Source: Thermoanaerobaculia bacterium (GTDB lineage Bacteria; Acidobacteriota; Thermoanaerobaculia; Multivoradales; UBA5704). Taken from it: a stretch of DNA of 58,848 nt. Position numbers and translations under genes: made by a program. The DNA lies in the NCBI GenBank assembly GCA_044226625.1, contig JBGAGQ010000038.1, forward strand, positions 1 through 58,848, in the 5' to 3' direction. Each line of letters starts with the position of its first letter. The first letter of the stretch is position 1. The notes under the pieces are model-generated. The model did no database searches. It was not told where the DNA came from and was given only the letters and a program-made list of their open reading frames with translations. This document shows positions 19,885-33,200 of this stretch, one piece after another.

Positions 19885-22170
19885 TCAGCGAGGAACCGCC
19901 CGGTCCCAGTTGCGATGTCTACCCACCGCGGCGATGAATCCGTCGAGGTCGCGCGCGATGGCCCAATCGGACGCGTCGTCGGTCGGGATCTCGGCCCGCG
20001 CGGCGACGTCCTCCCCGCCGCCCGCGACCAGGATCGCTTTGCAGTGGCGGTATTGGTCCTTGAGAAACTCGATCACCGGCAGAGAAGCCGGTCCGTTCGT
20101 CTCGCCGCCGGCCACCACGACCGCGTCGAAGAGGACCGAAGGCATGGTTTCCAGCGTCGCGTCGGCCGCGAGCATGCTGCCGTCCGCCGTCGTGACGGTA
20201 CCCAGGCGGAAGCCGACCAGTCGAGTGATCGCTCCACCCCGGGAGAGGCTCTCGCGAATTCGGGTCACCGTCCGGCCCTGCGACTGCGGACCGACCAAGA
20301 TCGCGACCTTGCGCCCCCGGATTCCACCGTCCCCGGGTCGGAACGTGAGGGAGAGGGCGGGCGAGCGTTCGACCTCCGTCGCGGGCGGGTCGATCAGGCG
20401 CGGCATCGGCTTGGGGAGCGGAATTCCGAGCCCGTCGGCGACCGCCTGGGCCAGCTCGTCCGAGACGTTGCGCAGCATGGAGACCGTCCGCTCCCGGATC
20501 GCCGGCACCTGCACCTTCGTCAGCTCGAACCGGAAGCCGCGGATGATATGGGCCCGCTCGTACGCCGTCTGGCTGTTCCAAAACAGGGTCGCCTGCGAAT
20601 AGTGGTCGGCGAACTTCTCCGGCTTGCCGCGCACCTTGTCGCCGACCACCGGCTCCGGAAACGTGACGAATCCGCCCTTGCCCATCTGGAACGGACAGCC
20701 GCCGCCGAGCGAGTTCGGCTCGTACGCCACGCGGCCGCGATGGATCGCCTGACGGTGCATGCCGTCACGCTGGTTGTTGTGCGCCTGGGCGACGGGTGAG
20801 TTGATCGGAACCTCGTGGAAGTTCGGCCCGCCCAGGCGTGACAGCTGGGTGTCGAAGTACGAATGGATCCGCCCCGCGAGCAGCGGATCGTTCGAAAACT
20901 CGATGCCGGGGACGAGGTTCTGCACGCCGAAAGCGACCTGCTCGGTCTCGGCGAAGAAGTTGTCGGGGTTGCGATCGAGGACCATGCGGCCGACCGGGAT
21001 CACGGGAACGAGCTCTTCCGGAACGATCTTGGTTGCGTCCAGAACGTCGAACGCGAACTGGTCGGCCTGTTCCTCGGTGAAGATCTGCAGGCCGAGCTCG
21101 TACTCCGGATAGATTCCCGCCTCGATCGAATCCCAGAGCTCGCGGCGATTGAAATCGGGATCGGCGCCCGAGATCTTGACCGCCTCATCCCAGTCGAGCG
21201 AGTGGGTTCCCGCCGTGGGCGTCCAATGGAACTTGACGAAGCGCGAGGCGCCGCGAGCGTTCACCAGACGGAACGTGTGGACACCGAAGCCCTGCATGGT
21301 GCGATAGCTGCGCGGCAGGGCGCGATCTGACATCACCCACATCAACATGTGCGTCGATTCGGGCATCAACGAAACGAAATCCCAGAAGGTGTCGTGCGCG
21401 CTCGCGGCCTGCGGGATCCCCTGGTGCGGCTCCGGTTTGAGCGCGTGGACGAGGTCGGGAAACTTCATCGCATCCTGGATGAAGAAGACCGGGATGTTGT
21501 TGCCCACCAAGTCGAAGTTTCCCTCTTGGGTATAGAACTTCGTGGCGAAGCCGCGGACGTCGCGCGGCGTATCGGTGGAGCCCCGTTCTCCCGCGACGGT
21601 TGAAAACCGCACGAACACCGGCGTGCGAAGACCCTCGGCGGACAGGAAGGCGGCGCGGGTGTATTTCGCGAGCGAGCGATAGCACTCGAAGTAGCCGTGC
21701 GCTCCCGAACCGCGGGCGTGGACGATCCGCTCGGGAATGCGCTCGTGGTCGAAGTGGGTGATCTTCTCGCGCAGGACGAAGTCTTCCCAAAGGACCGGTC
21801 CGCGCAGACCCGCCTTCAACGAGTTCTGGTTGTCGGAAATCGGCTGCGCGAAATTCGTGGTGAGCGGTTGTCCCGTCGAGTCGACGCGAACACGCTCCAA
21901 CGCGGCGTCGGTCGTGTTGAAGCCGACTGTCGCAGGCGAGCCCGCTTTGGCCGAACCGCTCTTGTCTTCGCTCGAGGTGCTCGCCAACACCGCCGGATCC
22001 GGAGGAGAGGCGGTCCGTCCGGGCTTCGCGCCGCGGTCGCCGATCTCGTCGATCTTGTCTCGGTTGAACGGAAACGCCGACGCGAGGGGATCGATCTCGA
22101 TCCCTTTCCGCGCGGCCGGTTCTCCGCTCTCGGACTGCAAAGCCTTTTTCTTCTCCGGGCTCTTCGCCAT
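19885..22170 (-). CDS. katE: Large-subunit catalase HPII with C-terminal DJ-1-like domain
   Basis: [39 protein letters not shown]; C-terminal KVAILV...[10 protein letters not shown]. Confidence 0.95.
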   Translation of the reverse strand: MAKSPEKKKALQSESGEPAARKGIEIDPLASAFPFNRDKIDEIGDRGAKPGRTASPPDPAVLASTSSEDKSGSAKAGSPATVGFNTTDAALERVRVDSTGQPLTTNFAQPISDNQNSLKAGLRGPVLWEDFVLREKITHFDHERIPERIVHARGSGAHGYFECYRSLAKYTRAAFLSAEGLRTPVFVRFSTVAGERGSTDTPRDVRGFATKFYTQEGNFDLVGNNIPVFFIQDAMKFPDLVHALKPEPHQGIPQAASAHDTFWDFVSLMPESTHMLMWVMSDRALPRSYRTMQGFGVHTFRLVNARGASRFVKFHWTPTAGTHSLDWDEAVKISGADPDFNRRELWDSIEAGIYPEYELGLQIFTEEQADQFAFDVLDATKIVPEELVPVIPVGRMVLDRNPDNFFAETEQVAFGVQNLVPGIEFSNDPLLAGRIHSYFDTQLSRLGGPNFHEVPINSPVAQAHNNQRDGMHRQAIHRGRVAYEPNSLGGGCPFQMGKGGFVTFPEPVVGDKVRGKPEKFADHYSQATLFWNSQTAYERAHIIRGFRFELTKVQVPAIRERTVSMLRNVSDELAQAVADGLGIPLPKPMPRLIDPPATEVERSPALSLTFRPGDGGIRGRKVAILVGPQSQGRTVTRIRESLSRGGAITRLVGFRLGTVTTADGSMLAADATLETMPSVLFDAVVVAGGETNGPASLPVIEFLKDQYRHCKAILVAGGGEDVAARAEIPTDDASDWAIARDLDGFIAAVGRHRNWDRAVPR

Positions 22171-22319
22171 GTGAAGCCTCTCTCCATTCGTTCGCGGCGT
22201 CCGCATCTTTTGCCGCTTTTCGTTTCCGGCAACTGAAAAGTTCCGATCGGTTCCGTGAGGGGGGACCCGTGGGTCCGGACGGAACGATCCCGCCCGGCCC
22301 CACGGGGCTCGAAGCGGAC

Positions 22320-22500
22320 CTAGCGGTTGCTGCGGGAGCCGGAGGACGAGCCGGAGGAAGAGCCGCGATCGGTGTCCCCGCGGCCCGATTCCGAGCGGCG
22401 CGAGGACGAATCCTTCTCACTTCCGGACTGGCGTTCGTCCTGACCGCCGCTCTTGGAGGTGCCGGTCTTCTTGCGATCGTTGTTCTTTGTTTTCGGGCAT
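22320..22500 (-). CDS. Small S/G/R-rich hydrophilic protein with a probable 1-nt frameshift near 22485
   Basis: AAGGAGA RBS + ATG 22500 (MPENK). Removing one A in AACAAAGAAC joins this start to NNDRKKTGTSKSGGQDERQ...SRSNR ending at 22320. Its leader resembles that of 8804-8986. Confidence 0.5.
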
Positions 22501-22557
22501 GATGTGTTCTCCTTGGAGTGCCTGCCAGCCCAAATGCCGACGACGGCAGGGTCGGAC

Positions 22558-22575
22558 TGCAAGGTAAATGCCCGG
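22558..22575 (-). promoter_or_regulatory. Putative sigma54 -24/-12 promoter
   Basis: Minus strand CCGGGCATTTACCTTGCA, identical at 17 of 18 positions to 9044-9061. Confidence 0.6.
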
Positions 22576-22813
22576 TGATCGAAGCGAAATTTTTACTTTG
22601 CTTTTTCCATCCGAATTCTTCCTACGTCCTTCTGGATGGATCCACGAGGTCGCGGCGCCCGGACGGGCCTCCGGCGGTGCCTGGCAGGGTTGGAACGAAG
22701 CGGTGCCCAGCGCCCCGGGAAAGCGGAACTTGTGAATCGAATGTTAACTATATATGCGACGGGGTTCGGTCGAGCGCAACGAGGGCGGGTACCGCGAGGG
22801 GTGGAACGAGCGA

Positions 22814-22888
22814 TGGAGCGGGAGACGGGATTCGAACCCGCGACCAACAGCTTGGAAGGCTGTGACTCTACCCCTGAGTTACTCCCGC
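22814..22888 (-). tRNA. tRNA-Gly (anticodon TCC)
   Basis: GCGGGAG acceptor stem, anticodon loop CTTCCAA, GGTTCGAATCC T-arm, encoded CCA end. Confidence 0.97.
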
Positions 22889-23036
22889 GGCTCAGTTCCG
22901 GCGGGAGTGTAGCCGATACGGACGCGGGGCGCTAGGCGCGGGGCCCGTCGGCACCCTGCCTCCGCCCATCGACCGGCGCGGCGGCCCGCGTAACATTCCA
23001 AGCCTTCCCGCGTACAGGGCGAGAGGAGGGCAGACC

Positions 23037-25577
<2,541 letters not shown>

Positions 25578-25613
25578 GACGGAGCGAGCGAGACCGAGGA
25601 GCCGGGCGCGAGG

Positions 25614-26102
25614 TCAGACCTCGTCGACCGGCTCCTTCTTCGCTTTGGGCTTGATCCGCAGGAACCAGGTGAGGGCGGCGATCACCAGCGCGATCGCCGC
25701 GCCGTAGGGGAGCAGATTCCGCTGGCCGTCCCAACCGGCGATCTGGCCGAGGAACAGGACGGCGAGGACGACGATCACGACGCTCGTGAGCTTGCTCTTG
25801 AGGTCGTCGAGGTGGCGGATCTCAAGCCACTCCGGCAGGTCGAGCTTGTCGTCGATGAACAGCTCGTAGAGGCCGAGGGCGATGATCAGGACGACGGTCC
25901 CGAGCAGGAACAGGTCGACCGTCTCGATGCACGCGATCATCAACGTCTTGGCCTTGACCGGTGCAGCTCCGGACAGCAGGTCGAAAACCAGGCGGCCGAT
26001 TTCCACCAGACCGTAGATCAGCAGGCTGGTCGCGGCCAGGAACGAGCCGGCGACCGCGATCAAGACCAGATAGCGCGACTTGGCGAGCCCGCGGGTGAGC
26101 AT
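25614..26102 (-). CDS. YqhA (UPF0114) family membrane protein
   Basis: DLFLLGTV.LI.ALGLYELFI, WL.I.HLDDLK.KL; extended -10 (TGT-TACGAT) 9 nt before ATG 26102. Confidence 0.85.
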   Translation of the reverse strand: MLTRGLAKSRYLVLIAVAGSFLAATSLLIYGLVEIGRLVFDLLSGAAPVKAKTLMIACIETVDLFLLGTVVLIIALGLYELFIDDKLDLPEWLEIRHLDDLKSKLTSVVIVVLAVLFLGQIAGWDGQRNLLPYGAAIALVIAALTWFLRIKPKAKKEPVDEV

Positions 26103-26242
26103 GGAGGCGGGATCGTAACAGAGCGGGGCGCCGATCCCTGCCTCGGCGTCTTCGAGGCGGGCGTTCCGGATTCGTCGATTCGGGAGGTCGTGGGGCCCAC
26201 GGCTCGAGGGGAGCCGTGGGCCGGGCGCTTCGACGGGCCTTC

Positions 26243-27463
26243 TTACGGCCGGCAGACCGGCGACAGGTAGTAGTTGTTCCCCCAGAGGAAAGGCAGTTGG
26301 TTCCCGCCCGGTCCGAGCTGGACGACGCAGTGGGCGCCGTCGTACCAGGGCTGGATGCTCGCCCCGGTCCAGTTGTTGTACGCCTCGTGCGGGCAGAGAC
26401 CGTCCGGGTGCCAGAGGGAGTTGTAATACATGTTTTCGTTCCAGACGAACGGGGTGACCCCGGGCCAGGTGAACATGTAGCAGTTGGCGCCGTCGTAGGT
26501 GCCGCCCCAGGGGCAGTGGTTCGGGCCGGCGACGGCCGAGATGTAGTAGTTGCCGCCCCAGAGGAACGGGTTCGGACCGCCGTTGGCCGAGGCGATGTAG
26601 CAGTTGGCGCCGTCGTACCAGGGCTGGATGCTGGTGTTGTTGAACATGTCCCACACCTTGTGCGGGCAGGGACCGTTCGGATGCCAAACCGGCTCGTAAT
26701 AGAACGCGCCGTTCCAGATGAACGGATCGTTGCCCGGCACCGACCACATGTAGCAGTTCGCACCGTCGTACACGCCGCCGGTCGGGCAGGGGTTCGTGCA
26801 GTTGTCGGGGTAGCGGTTCACCGAGCAGCGCAGCGCGTCCTTGTCGTCGTTCTCGAGCGTCCGCGCGTTGTCGAAGTAGGTGGCCCGCATGGTCGGCCGG
26901 TTGAAGATCGGATTGATGTTCGTGTGGTGGATGCCGAGCGAGTGCCCGAGCTCGTGGGCGGCGACGCTGCGGATGTCGAAATTGGTGTTGCTGGTGGTCC
27001 AGTTGACGTTCGTGTTGAAGGTGATGTCGGTCTCGACGATCACCTGTCCCGCCTGGAGCGTGAGCGCCGTGAGCGCGAGGCACGTCCCCGTGCAGCCGTT
27101 GCCCGAGGCCCAGATCATCGTGTTCCGGCCGTCGGTGGTGAAGCCCGCGTTGGTCGAGCTGCCGCGCGCGAGGTGGTAGTCGGAGCCGGAGACGCCGTTC
27201 CATTGGTTGATCGCGTAGTCGACGCCGCCTCCCGCGCCGCCTCCCTCGTTCGTGGGATTGATCCGCCAGACGAGGTTGCGGATGCCCCAATGGGTGAATC
27301 CGCCGGGGTCGTCGCAGGGGACCGCGGCTCCCGCGGTGACCGTTCCCACGGTCGTGTTCTGGATCATGCGGAAGGCGTGCGCGGAATCGGCGAACCCGCC
27401 GAGGAGGACGACGGCGAACGCCGCCGAAGCGACGGTCGAAACCCGCGCTCGACGCGCGCTCAC
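26243..27463 (-). CDS. Secreted matrixin-family (M10-like metzincin) protease with C-terminal Cys/aromatic repeats
   Basis: Signal peptide ending AHA; HELGHSLGIHH and Met-turn PTM; four CP...YDGA[NH]C...PF.W...YY repeats. Confidence 0.85.
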   Translation of the reverse strand: MSARRARVSTVASAAFAVVLLGGFADSAHAFRMIQNTTVGTVTAGAAVPCDDPGGFTHWGIRNLVWRINPTNEGGGAGGGVDYAINQWNGVSGSDYHLARGSSTNAGFTTDGRNTMIWASGNGCTGTCLALTALTLQAGQVIVETDITFNTNVNWTTSNTNFDIRSVAAHELGHSLGIHHTNINPIFNRPTMRATYFDNARTLENDDKDALRCSVNRYPDNCTNPCPTGGVYDGANCYMWSVPGNDPFIWNGAFYYEPVWHPNGPCPHKVWDMFNNTSIQPWYDGANCYIASANGGPNPFLWGGNYYISAVAGPNHCPWGGTYDGANCYMFTWPGVTPFVWNENMYYNSLWHPDGLCPHEAYNNWTGASIQPWYDGAHCVVQLGPGGNQLPFLWGNNYYLSPVCRP

Positions 27464-28065
27464 TTGTCACCTCCCTGCCGGACCAGTTCTTCGATCGACC
27501 GGGTGAGCTCGTCGAGGCTCATCCCCTTGATGCCCCCGGGCACGTCGACGCCGTCTTTCGGATCTTCCTCGTCTGGGATCAACGCCTCGCCCGCGGCCTG
27601 GCTGGTCGCCCAGAGGACGCCGTCGCGATCCTCGAGGTCGAACACCCCCTGGCAGTGCTCCGCGACCGTGGTCACCGCTTCGGTGCCGGGCAGCGGCTCG
27701 TCGCGCAGGAAGAGGAGGTAGCTGCGGCCAGCCTCGAGCGCCGCGCCCCCCGGGATCAGCGTCGTCATGTCGCCGGCGGTGCCGCCCATCAGCGTGAGCG
27801 CCAGCTCCCCGTCCACCCGGCCTTTGAGCACCTTGGTGGCCCGCAGCCGGTAGTCGGTAAGGATGAAGCTCGCGTCGCGATTCCAGTACGACTTGGCGCC
27901 TTCGACCGTCGCGACGACCACCGTGGCGTTGGCCGCCACCAAGTCGTCGAGGCCGGCTCGGATCAGGGTGAGCGCTTGGGCGGGGCGCGACGCGACGGCC
28001 ATCGCGACGATCCCCGCGGCCGCCAGGGCGAAGGCCCGGGCTCGGGTTTTCCTTGTGCTTCTCAT
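27460..28065 (-). CDS. Secreted protein, translationally coupled to the matrixin (possible stand-alone pro/N-terminal domain)
   Basis: AAGGAG RBS; signal peptide ending AQA; LDDLVA..ATVVVATV, VLKG, GG..G, GRSYLLFL, QGVF; stop overlaps the next GTG start. Confidence 0.7.
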   Translation of the reverse strand: MRSTRKTRARAFALAAAGIVAMAVASRPAQALTLIRAGLDDLVAANATVVVATVEGAKSYWNRDASFILTDYRLRATKVLKGRVDGELALTLMGGTAGDMTTLIPGGAALEAGRSYLLFLRDEPLPGTEAVTTVAEHCQGVFDLEDRDGVLWATSQAAGEALIPDEEDPKDGVDVPGGIKGMSLDELTRSIEELVRQGGDK

Positions 28066-28209
28066 CGTCTCGCTCCTTCTCGAGGTCCCGTGAAGGCAAA
28101 GGCCCGGACGATCGACGTCCGAGCCCGGGGACCGGTTCATGGGAGAGTGCGCAAGACGATCGAGGTTTCCCTCACGGCGGCGGACGGAGGGTTGGATCCG
28201 GCCGGCCGA

Positions 28210-29394
28210 TTACGGGGTGCCGCGCTGGTAGAGCAGGTCGGTGTTGCCCGCGATCAGCACGTCGCCGAAGCCGTCGCCGTTCCAGTCGCCGAACGCCAGG
28301 TCGTAAACCCCCGGATTCGGCAGCACCGTGTCGTCGTAGGGCAGGAAGCTCCCAGCGCCGTTGCCGAACGCCAGGCTGTAGCGGGTGCCGATACCGTGCG
28401 GCGCCGCGATGTCGAGGTCGCCGTTCTCGTCGAAATCGACGCCTCGGATGCGGAAGGTCCAGGCCCAGGTGAGCCCATAGGGGTGAGAAGTGAAGCCGCA
28501 AAGCCCGTTGCTGGTCGCCGGGGCGAGCCGCGACCACGAGGAGGCCACCGTCGCGTCCGCCAGCCCGTCGCCGTCGAGGTCGCCCGAGGCGATCGCCTGC
28601 GGCTCCATCGGGCCGACCATCGGATCGAACAGCGGCAGCGACGAACCGACCGGCGCGCTCAAACCCCCGGCGCCGTTGTTGCGGCGGGCCATGAGGAGCG
28701 TCGCCGTCCCCTGGCCGGTGTAGTAGAGGAGATCGGCCCGCCCGGAGGCGTCGCAGTCGCCGAGCGCGATGTCGTCGGTGTCGCCGACGGCATAGTTGAC
28801 GCCCGCGGCGAAGCCGCCGGCCACCGCGAGGCGCACGGTCGCCGTATGGCTGCCGAGATTGAGCGCGACGAAGTCGGCGCGAGCGTCGGCGTTCAAACGT
28901 GCCGCGAGCACGCGCACCGGCTGCACCCCGACGGGAAAGTTGATGCCGGTCGTGAAGTTCGTGCCGCCCTGATTGGTGCGCACGAGCACCTGATTGCCCA
29001 ACGCGTCGGCGAGCGCGAGATCGAGGTCGCCGTCGCCGTCGAAATCGCCGGCCGCGACGTCGCGGAAGGAGACGCCGACGTAGGTGCGGAACGTCCAGGC
29101 GCCGAACCCCGCGCCGGTGCCCAGGCGCACGAAGCTCTGGGTGGCGGTGGCGGCCGCGACGTCGAGAATGCCGTCGGCGTTGAGGTCGGCCGCGATCACG
29201 GCGACCAGGGGCGTGCCCGGAGACCAGATCGAAACCGGGGGGGCGACGCAGACTTCGCCGGCGTCGACGACGCCGTCGTTGCAGACGGCGCGCGCGGCGG
29301 TTGGCGAGGCGAGCATGGCGAGAGCGACGAGCGGAGCGAAGAACGACGAAGCGAGTCGGGGGAATCGGGCGGTGCGGTATGGGGCCATGTCCAT
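28210..29394 (-). CDS. Secreted FG-GAP/VCBS-repeat beta-propeller protein
   Basis: Signal peptide; CNDGVVDAGEVC Cys motif; repeated GD(L/F/W)(N/D)GDG..D(V/L) motifs. Confidence 0.85.
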   Translation of the reverse strand: MDMAPYRTARFPRLASSFFAPLVALAMLASPTAARAVCNDGVVDAGEVCVAPPVSIWSPGTPLVAVIAADLNADGILDVAAATATQSFVRLGTGAGFGAWTFRTYVGVSFRDVAAGDFDGDGDLDLALADALGNQVLVRTNQGGTNFTTGINFPVGVQPVRVLAARLNADARADFVALNLGSHTATVRLAVAGGFAAGVNYAVGDTDDIALGDCDASGRADLLYYTGQGTATLLMARRNNGAGGLSAPVGSSLPLFDPMVGPMEPQAIASGDLDGDGLADATVASSWSRLAPATSNGLCGFTSHPYGLTWAWTFRIRGVDFDENGDLDIAAPHGIGTRYSLAFGNGAGSFLPYDDTVLPNPGVYDLAFGDWNGDGFGDVLIAGNTDLLYQRGTP

Positions 29395-29590
29395 CTCCTT
29401 GTCTTGAGGTTCGGTCGTTGCGCCGTCGCGCTACCGAGAATCGAAACCGAAGCTCGAACGGCGACGTCATCACCCCGAACGACGGGCGGCGGCCGATTCC
29501 CTCACCGCCTCCTCGCGAGCCGTGGAATACGCCGAGCGGGTCGGACCGTTGGGCTTCCAGGATTTCGACCGAAACGACCGAGGAGACGCG

Positions 29591-30127
29591 ATGTCCGACA
29601 GGGCCCTGATCCAAGACCTCTCCACCCTCTTCCTTCGCGATCTCGACGGCCTCCGCCGCGAGATCGAGCTCTACCCGGACGACGGCTCGCTTTGGGCCGA
29701 GATCCCCGGACTGCCGAACCGCGGCGGCACCCTGGCGCTCCATCTGGCGGGGAACCTCCGCCATTACGTCGGCGCGGTCCTCGGCGGCAGCGGCTACGTC
29801 CGGGACCGGCCGCTCGAGTTCTCGGCGCGCGACCTGCCGCGGGCCGAGGTGCTCGACCGGATCGCCGCCGCGCGCCGAGAGGTTCAGGCCGCCCTCGACG
29901 CCCTCCGCGAGCGTGACGCGAACGACCTGAAGGACGCCCTCGACGCCGATTTCGCCGATCCGCTCGGCGGCCGGGCGATCTCCACCCGCCTCTTCCTCGT
30001 CCACCTCGCGATGCACCTCACCTTCCATCTCGGGCAGATCGACTACCACCGGCGGGCGGCGACGGGCGACTCGACCTCGGCCGGGGTGATCCCGCTCGCC
30101 GCGCTCGGCCGCGCCGCGTCCGCCTGA
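29591..30127 (+). CDS. DinB/DUF1572-family protein
   Basis: AGGAG RBS; N.GGTLALHLAGNLRHY, RDRP.EF, HL..HL..HLGQIDY. Confidence 0.85.
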   Translation: MSDRALIQDLSTLFLRDLDGLRREIELYPDDGSLWAEIPGLPNRGGTLALHLAGNLRHYVGAVLGGSGYVRDRPLEFSARDLPRAEVLDRIAAARREVQAALDALRERDANDLKDALDADFADPLGGRAISTRLFLVHLAMHLTFHLGQIDYHRRAATGDSTSAGVIPLAALGRAASA

Positions 30128-30215
30128 AATCCGCTGTAACGCCGCGCCCCCTCGTTCGCCTGAACCGGAGAACTGCGAAGGTGGCGGACCGGACGGCCGC
30201 CGAGGGGAGCGAACC

Positions 30216-33200
30216 ATGGCGGACGAGGCGGGGGCGGAAGGGACGCTGGTCTTTTCGGTTCGGGCGAAGCGGGGGGAGAAGGTGGCCGCCGTCCGCGGCT
30301 TGCTGACGAAGCTGGTCGTGGGGGCTTCGGACGGCGCCTCGCCACTCTTTGCGCGGCGCATCGCGATCGACGGTCGGGATGCGTCGCCTTTCGAGTTCCG
30401 GCTCCCGATCCCGGCCGGCGAGTACGGCAAGCTCACCGTCGGCCTCGCCGAGCTCACCCTCACCACGGTCGACCAGAAGGACCAGCCGGTCCCCCTCGCC
30501 GTCGGGGAGTCGACCTTCGCGGTCGACCTCTCGGTCTCGGCCGGCGTCGCGACCCGCCTGGTCCTCGACCTCGACCTCGACGCGCTGCCCGTGGCGAAGG
30601 CGCCGGGCGACGTCCTCGCCCTCCGGCTCGACGACGACGTGCCGGCGCAAACTTTCAAGGCGCCTCCTGTGGGGGAGACCGCGACGTTTCGGCTCGGGCT
30701 CGCCGCGGTCGCGCTCGAGGCACGCTCGCTCCCCCCGGGAGCCGCGGTGTCGCTCCGCGCCCCGGGGGGGGACGACCTGCCGCCCCTGTTCCGCCGCCAG
30801 GTGCGGGTCGGGACGCCGCTCCACGTCCATGCGGCGGCGAAGCTCGCGGCGCCGGCCGAGGTGACCGTGCCGTTCGACGCCGCGGACCTCGCCGCGGCCG
30901 GCCGCCGCGCGGACGAGGCGGTGGTGCTGCAGCTGGACGAGGCCCGGACCGTTTACCGCGAGCTGCGGCCGGTGCGGATCGACCGGGAGGCCTCGACCCT
31001 GACGGTACGGGTGCGGTCGTTCTCGACCTTCTGCGCCTGCTGCCCGGGGATCGAGATCCGTTCGCCCGAGCTCGCCGCCGACGGCTTCGGCCGCGTGGTC
31101 GGGCTCGTCGACGGGGAGACGGTGGGGCTCGTCGGCCGCGTCCTCGACCCGGAGGGGGAGGTGGCCCTGCTCGATCCGGCTCCGAGCGATCCGGCCGCAC
31201 CGTCCCTGCTGCACGGCGGCTGGTTCGCCTTCGAGGGGATTCCGCTGCCGCAGGTGGAGACCCGGGTGGCGCTGGAGGCGCGGGCGCCGGACCTGCTGCC
31301 GCACGTCTGCGAATTCGTGCTGCGGCGCGCGATCGTGCCGCGGCGGATCACCGATCCCCACCGAACCTTCGGAGCGGCGCTCGCTTTGACCGAGTCCGGG
31401 GCGCCGCACGTGACCACTTCCGTAAAGTTCAAGCGCTTCTCCGACGACGATCTCGTCGAACCGCTCGCCGCATGGCAGCGGAGCTTCGAGCGGCTCGGTC
31501 CCTTCCTGTTCCGCCCGACCGCCGAGCGGGACGGGTGGGTGTTTCGCCACCTGCTGCACCCCACGCATTTCGAGAACGAGACGGCGGCACTCGCGATCCG
31601 ACTGCTCGCGCCGTTCGTCGCGGTGCCGATCGACGCGGCGGCGCCCGAGCCGGTACGCGCGCTCCGGTCGCTCGCTTCGTTCGTCGGAGGGATGCCGCCC
31701 GACGACCTCCGGCGGCCATCGGTCGACCGCGCGCTCGAGCTCGCCCGGCCGCTGCTCGGTCCGGAGAACCTCTCGCTCTCGCCGCGCGCTCCGCTCGTGG
31801 CACTCGACGGAGAAAGGATCGGAGCGGCGTTCGTCGCGGCGACGTTGGACTCGACGGATCAGGCGCTGCAGAGCACGCTCGGCGGCTTCATCCAGAATCT
31901 CTACGCGGCGCTCACCGACGAGCGAGACGCTCGTCCGCGGGCGCGCGCAGGGCGGCTGTTCTTCGCCCTTGGCAGTTTCGACGAGATCGGACGGGAGATC
32001 GTCGCCGACGGCATCTGGTGCCCGGGGCTCGCGCTCGCGATCGACCCGATCGACGGTCAGCCGACGATCGCCGCGATCGGCGTCGCCCCGGACGTGGAGG
32101 TGATCCGGCCGGACGGCGTGCACGTCCGCGAGCCGCGCAGCCGGCTGCTCCTGTTCCACCGGCAGGACGACGGCGGCTGGTCCGAGGAGCTCGTGCTCGA
32201 CGACCGGCCGGTGGTCGACGTCGACCTCGCTTTCGGCCCGGACGGCGTGCCGCGTCTGGTGGCGGCAATCGCCGCCACCGCCCACCTCGGGCAGAAGACC
32301 CATCTGATCTCGCTTCGAAGAGCCGCGAGCGGCTGGACGGCGCAGCCGGTCGCGATCGAAGTGGAGGTCGAGGGGCGGCGGATCCGGACCGACCGCGGCA
32401 TCTGGCCGCGTCTCGCGGTCGACGCCCGCGGGCGGAGCGTTCTGGTCTTCGCCCAGTGGGGCGCGGAGTGGCGCTGGCACGTCGCGGTCGAGGCCGCGGC
32501 GGGGGAAGACGGCGCCTCGGGGGGCTTTCGCGCACGGACGCTGCGGACCGCGCGCTGGGTCGACTTGCAGGGCTCTCGGCTCGCGCCGGAGGGGGACCGG
32601 CGTCTCCAAGAGTCGCTGCCGGTCACGCTCTCCGGTCTGAGCGTCGCCCACTGGGCGCCATCGATCGCGCTCGACGGCGCGGGTAGGCTCTGGTGTGCCT
32701 ATCCGAACGGCATGCTCCAGCTCGCCCGGATCGATCTCGCCACGTTGGAGATCGAGGACGAGCCTGTCGCCGTCGATCGCTCGGTCGGTTTCTTTCCCGC
32801 GCTCGCGCTACGCCGCGGCGGGGCGCCCGCCGTCGTTTTCAAAGACACGGCAAGCCCCGACGGCGGCGACGGCGACCTCTTCTACCTGGCCGTCGACGAC
32901 GGCGCCGTGGTGCCCGGAGCGGTCGACGGCGGGAGCGCGCGTTTCGGACGGCCGCTTCCGCCGTTCCGCGTGAGCGACCTTCCGACCGGCGGCTTCGCGC
33001 CGCACGTGCCGCTCGACTGCGACCGGATCAAGAACCTCAACGAATTGCCGGCGCTCCTCGGTTCGGTCCTTCGAGATCGTCGCTTTCATTTCGAGATCTA
33101 CCCGGACGGCGGTCTCGGCCTGCCGCCGTATCTCCCGAGCCTCGAGAGCCATCCTTTCCTGTTTCATCTCATCCGGCGCCTGCCTTCCTTGCCGACGCTG

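Noticed and set aside
22814-22888. tRNA-Gly as integration site for the stress island
   Set aside because: No integrase seen, and I found no duplicate of the tRNA 3' end in the window.
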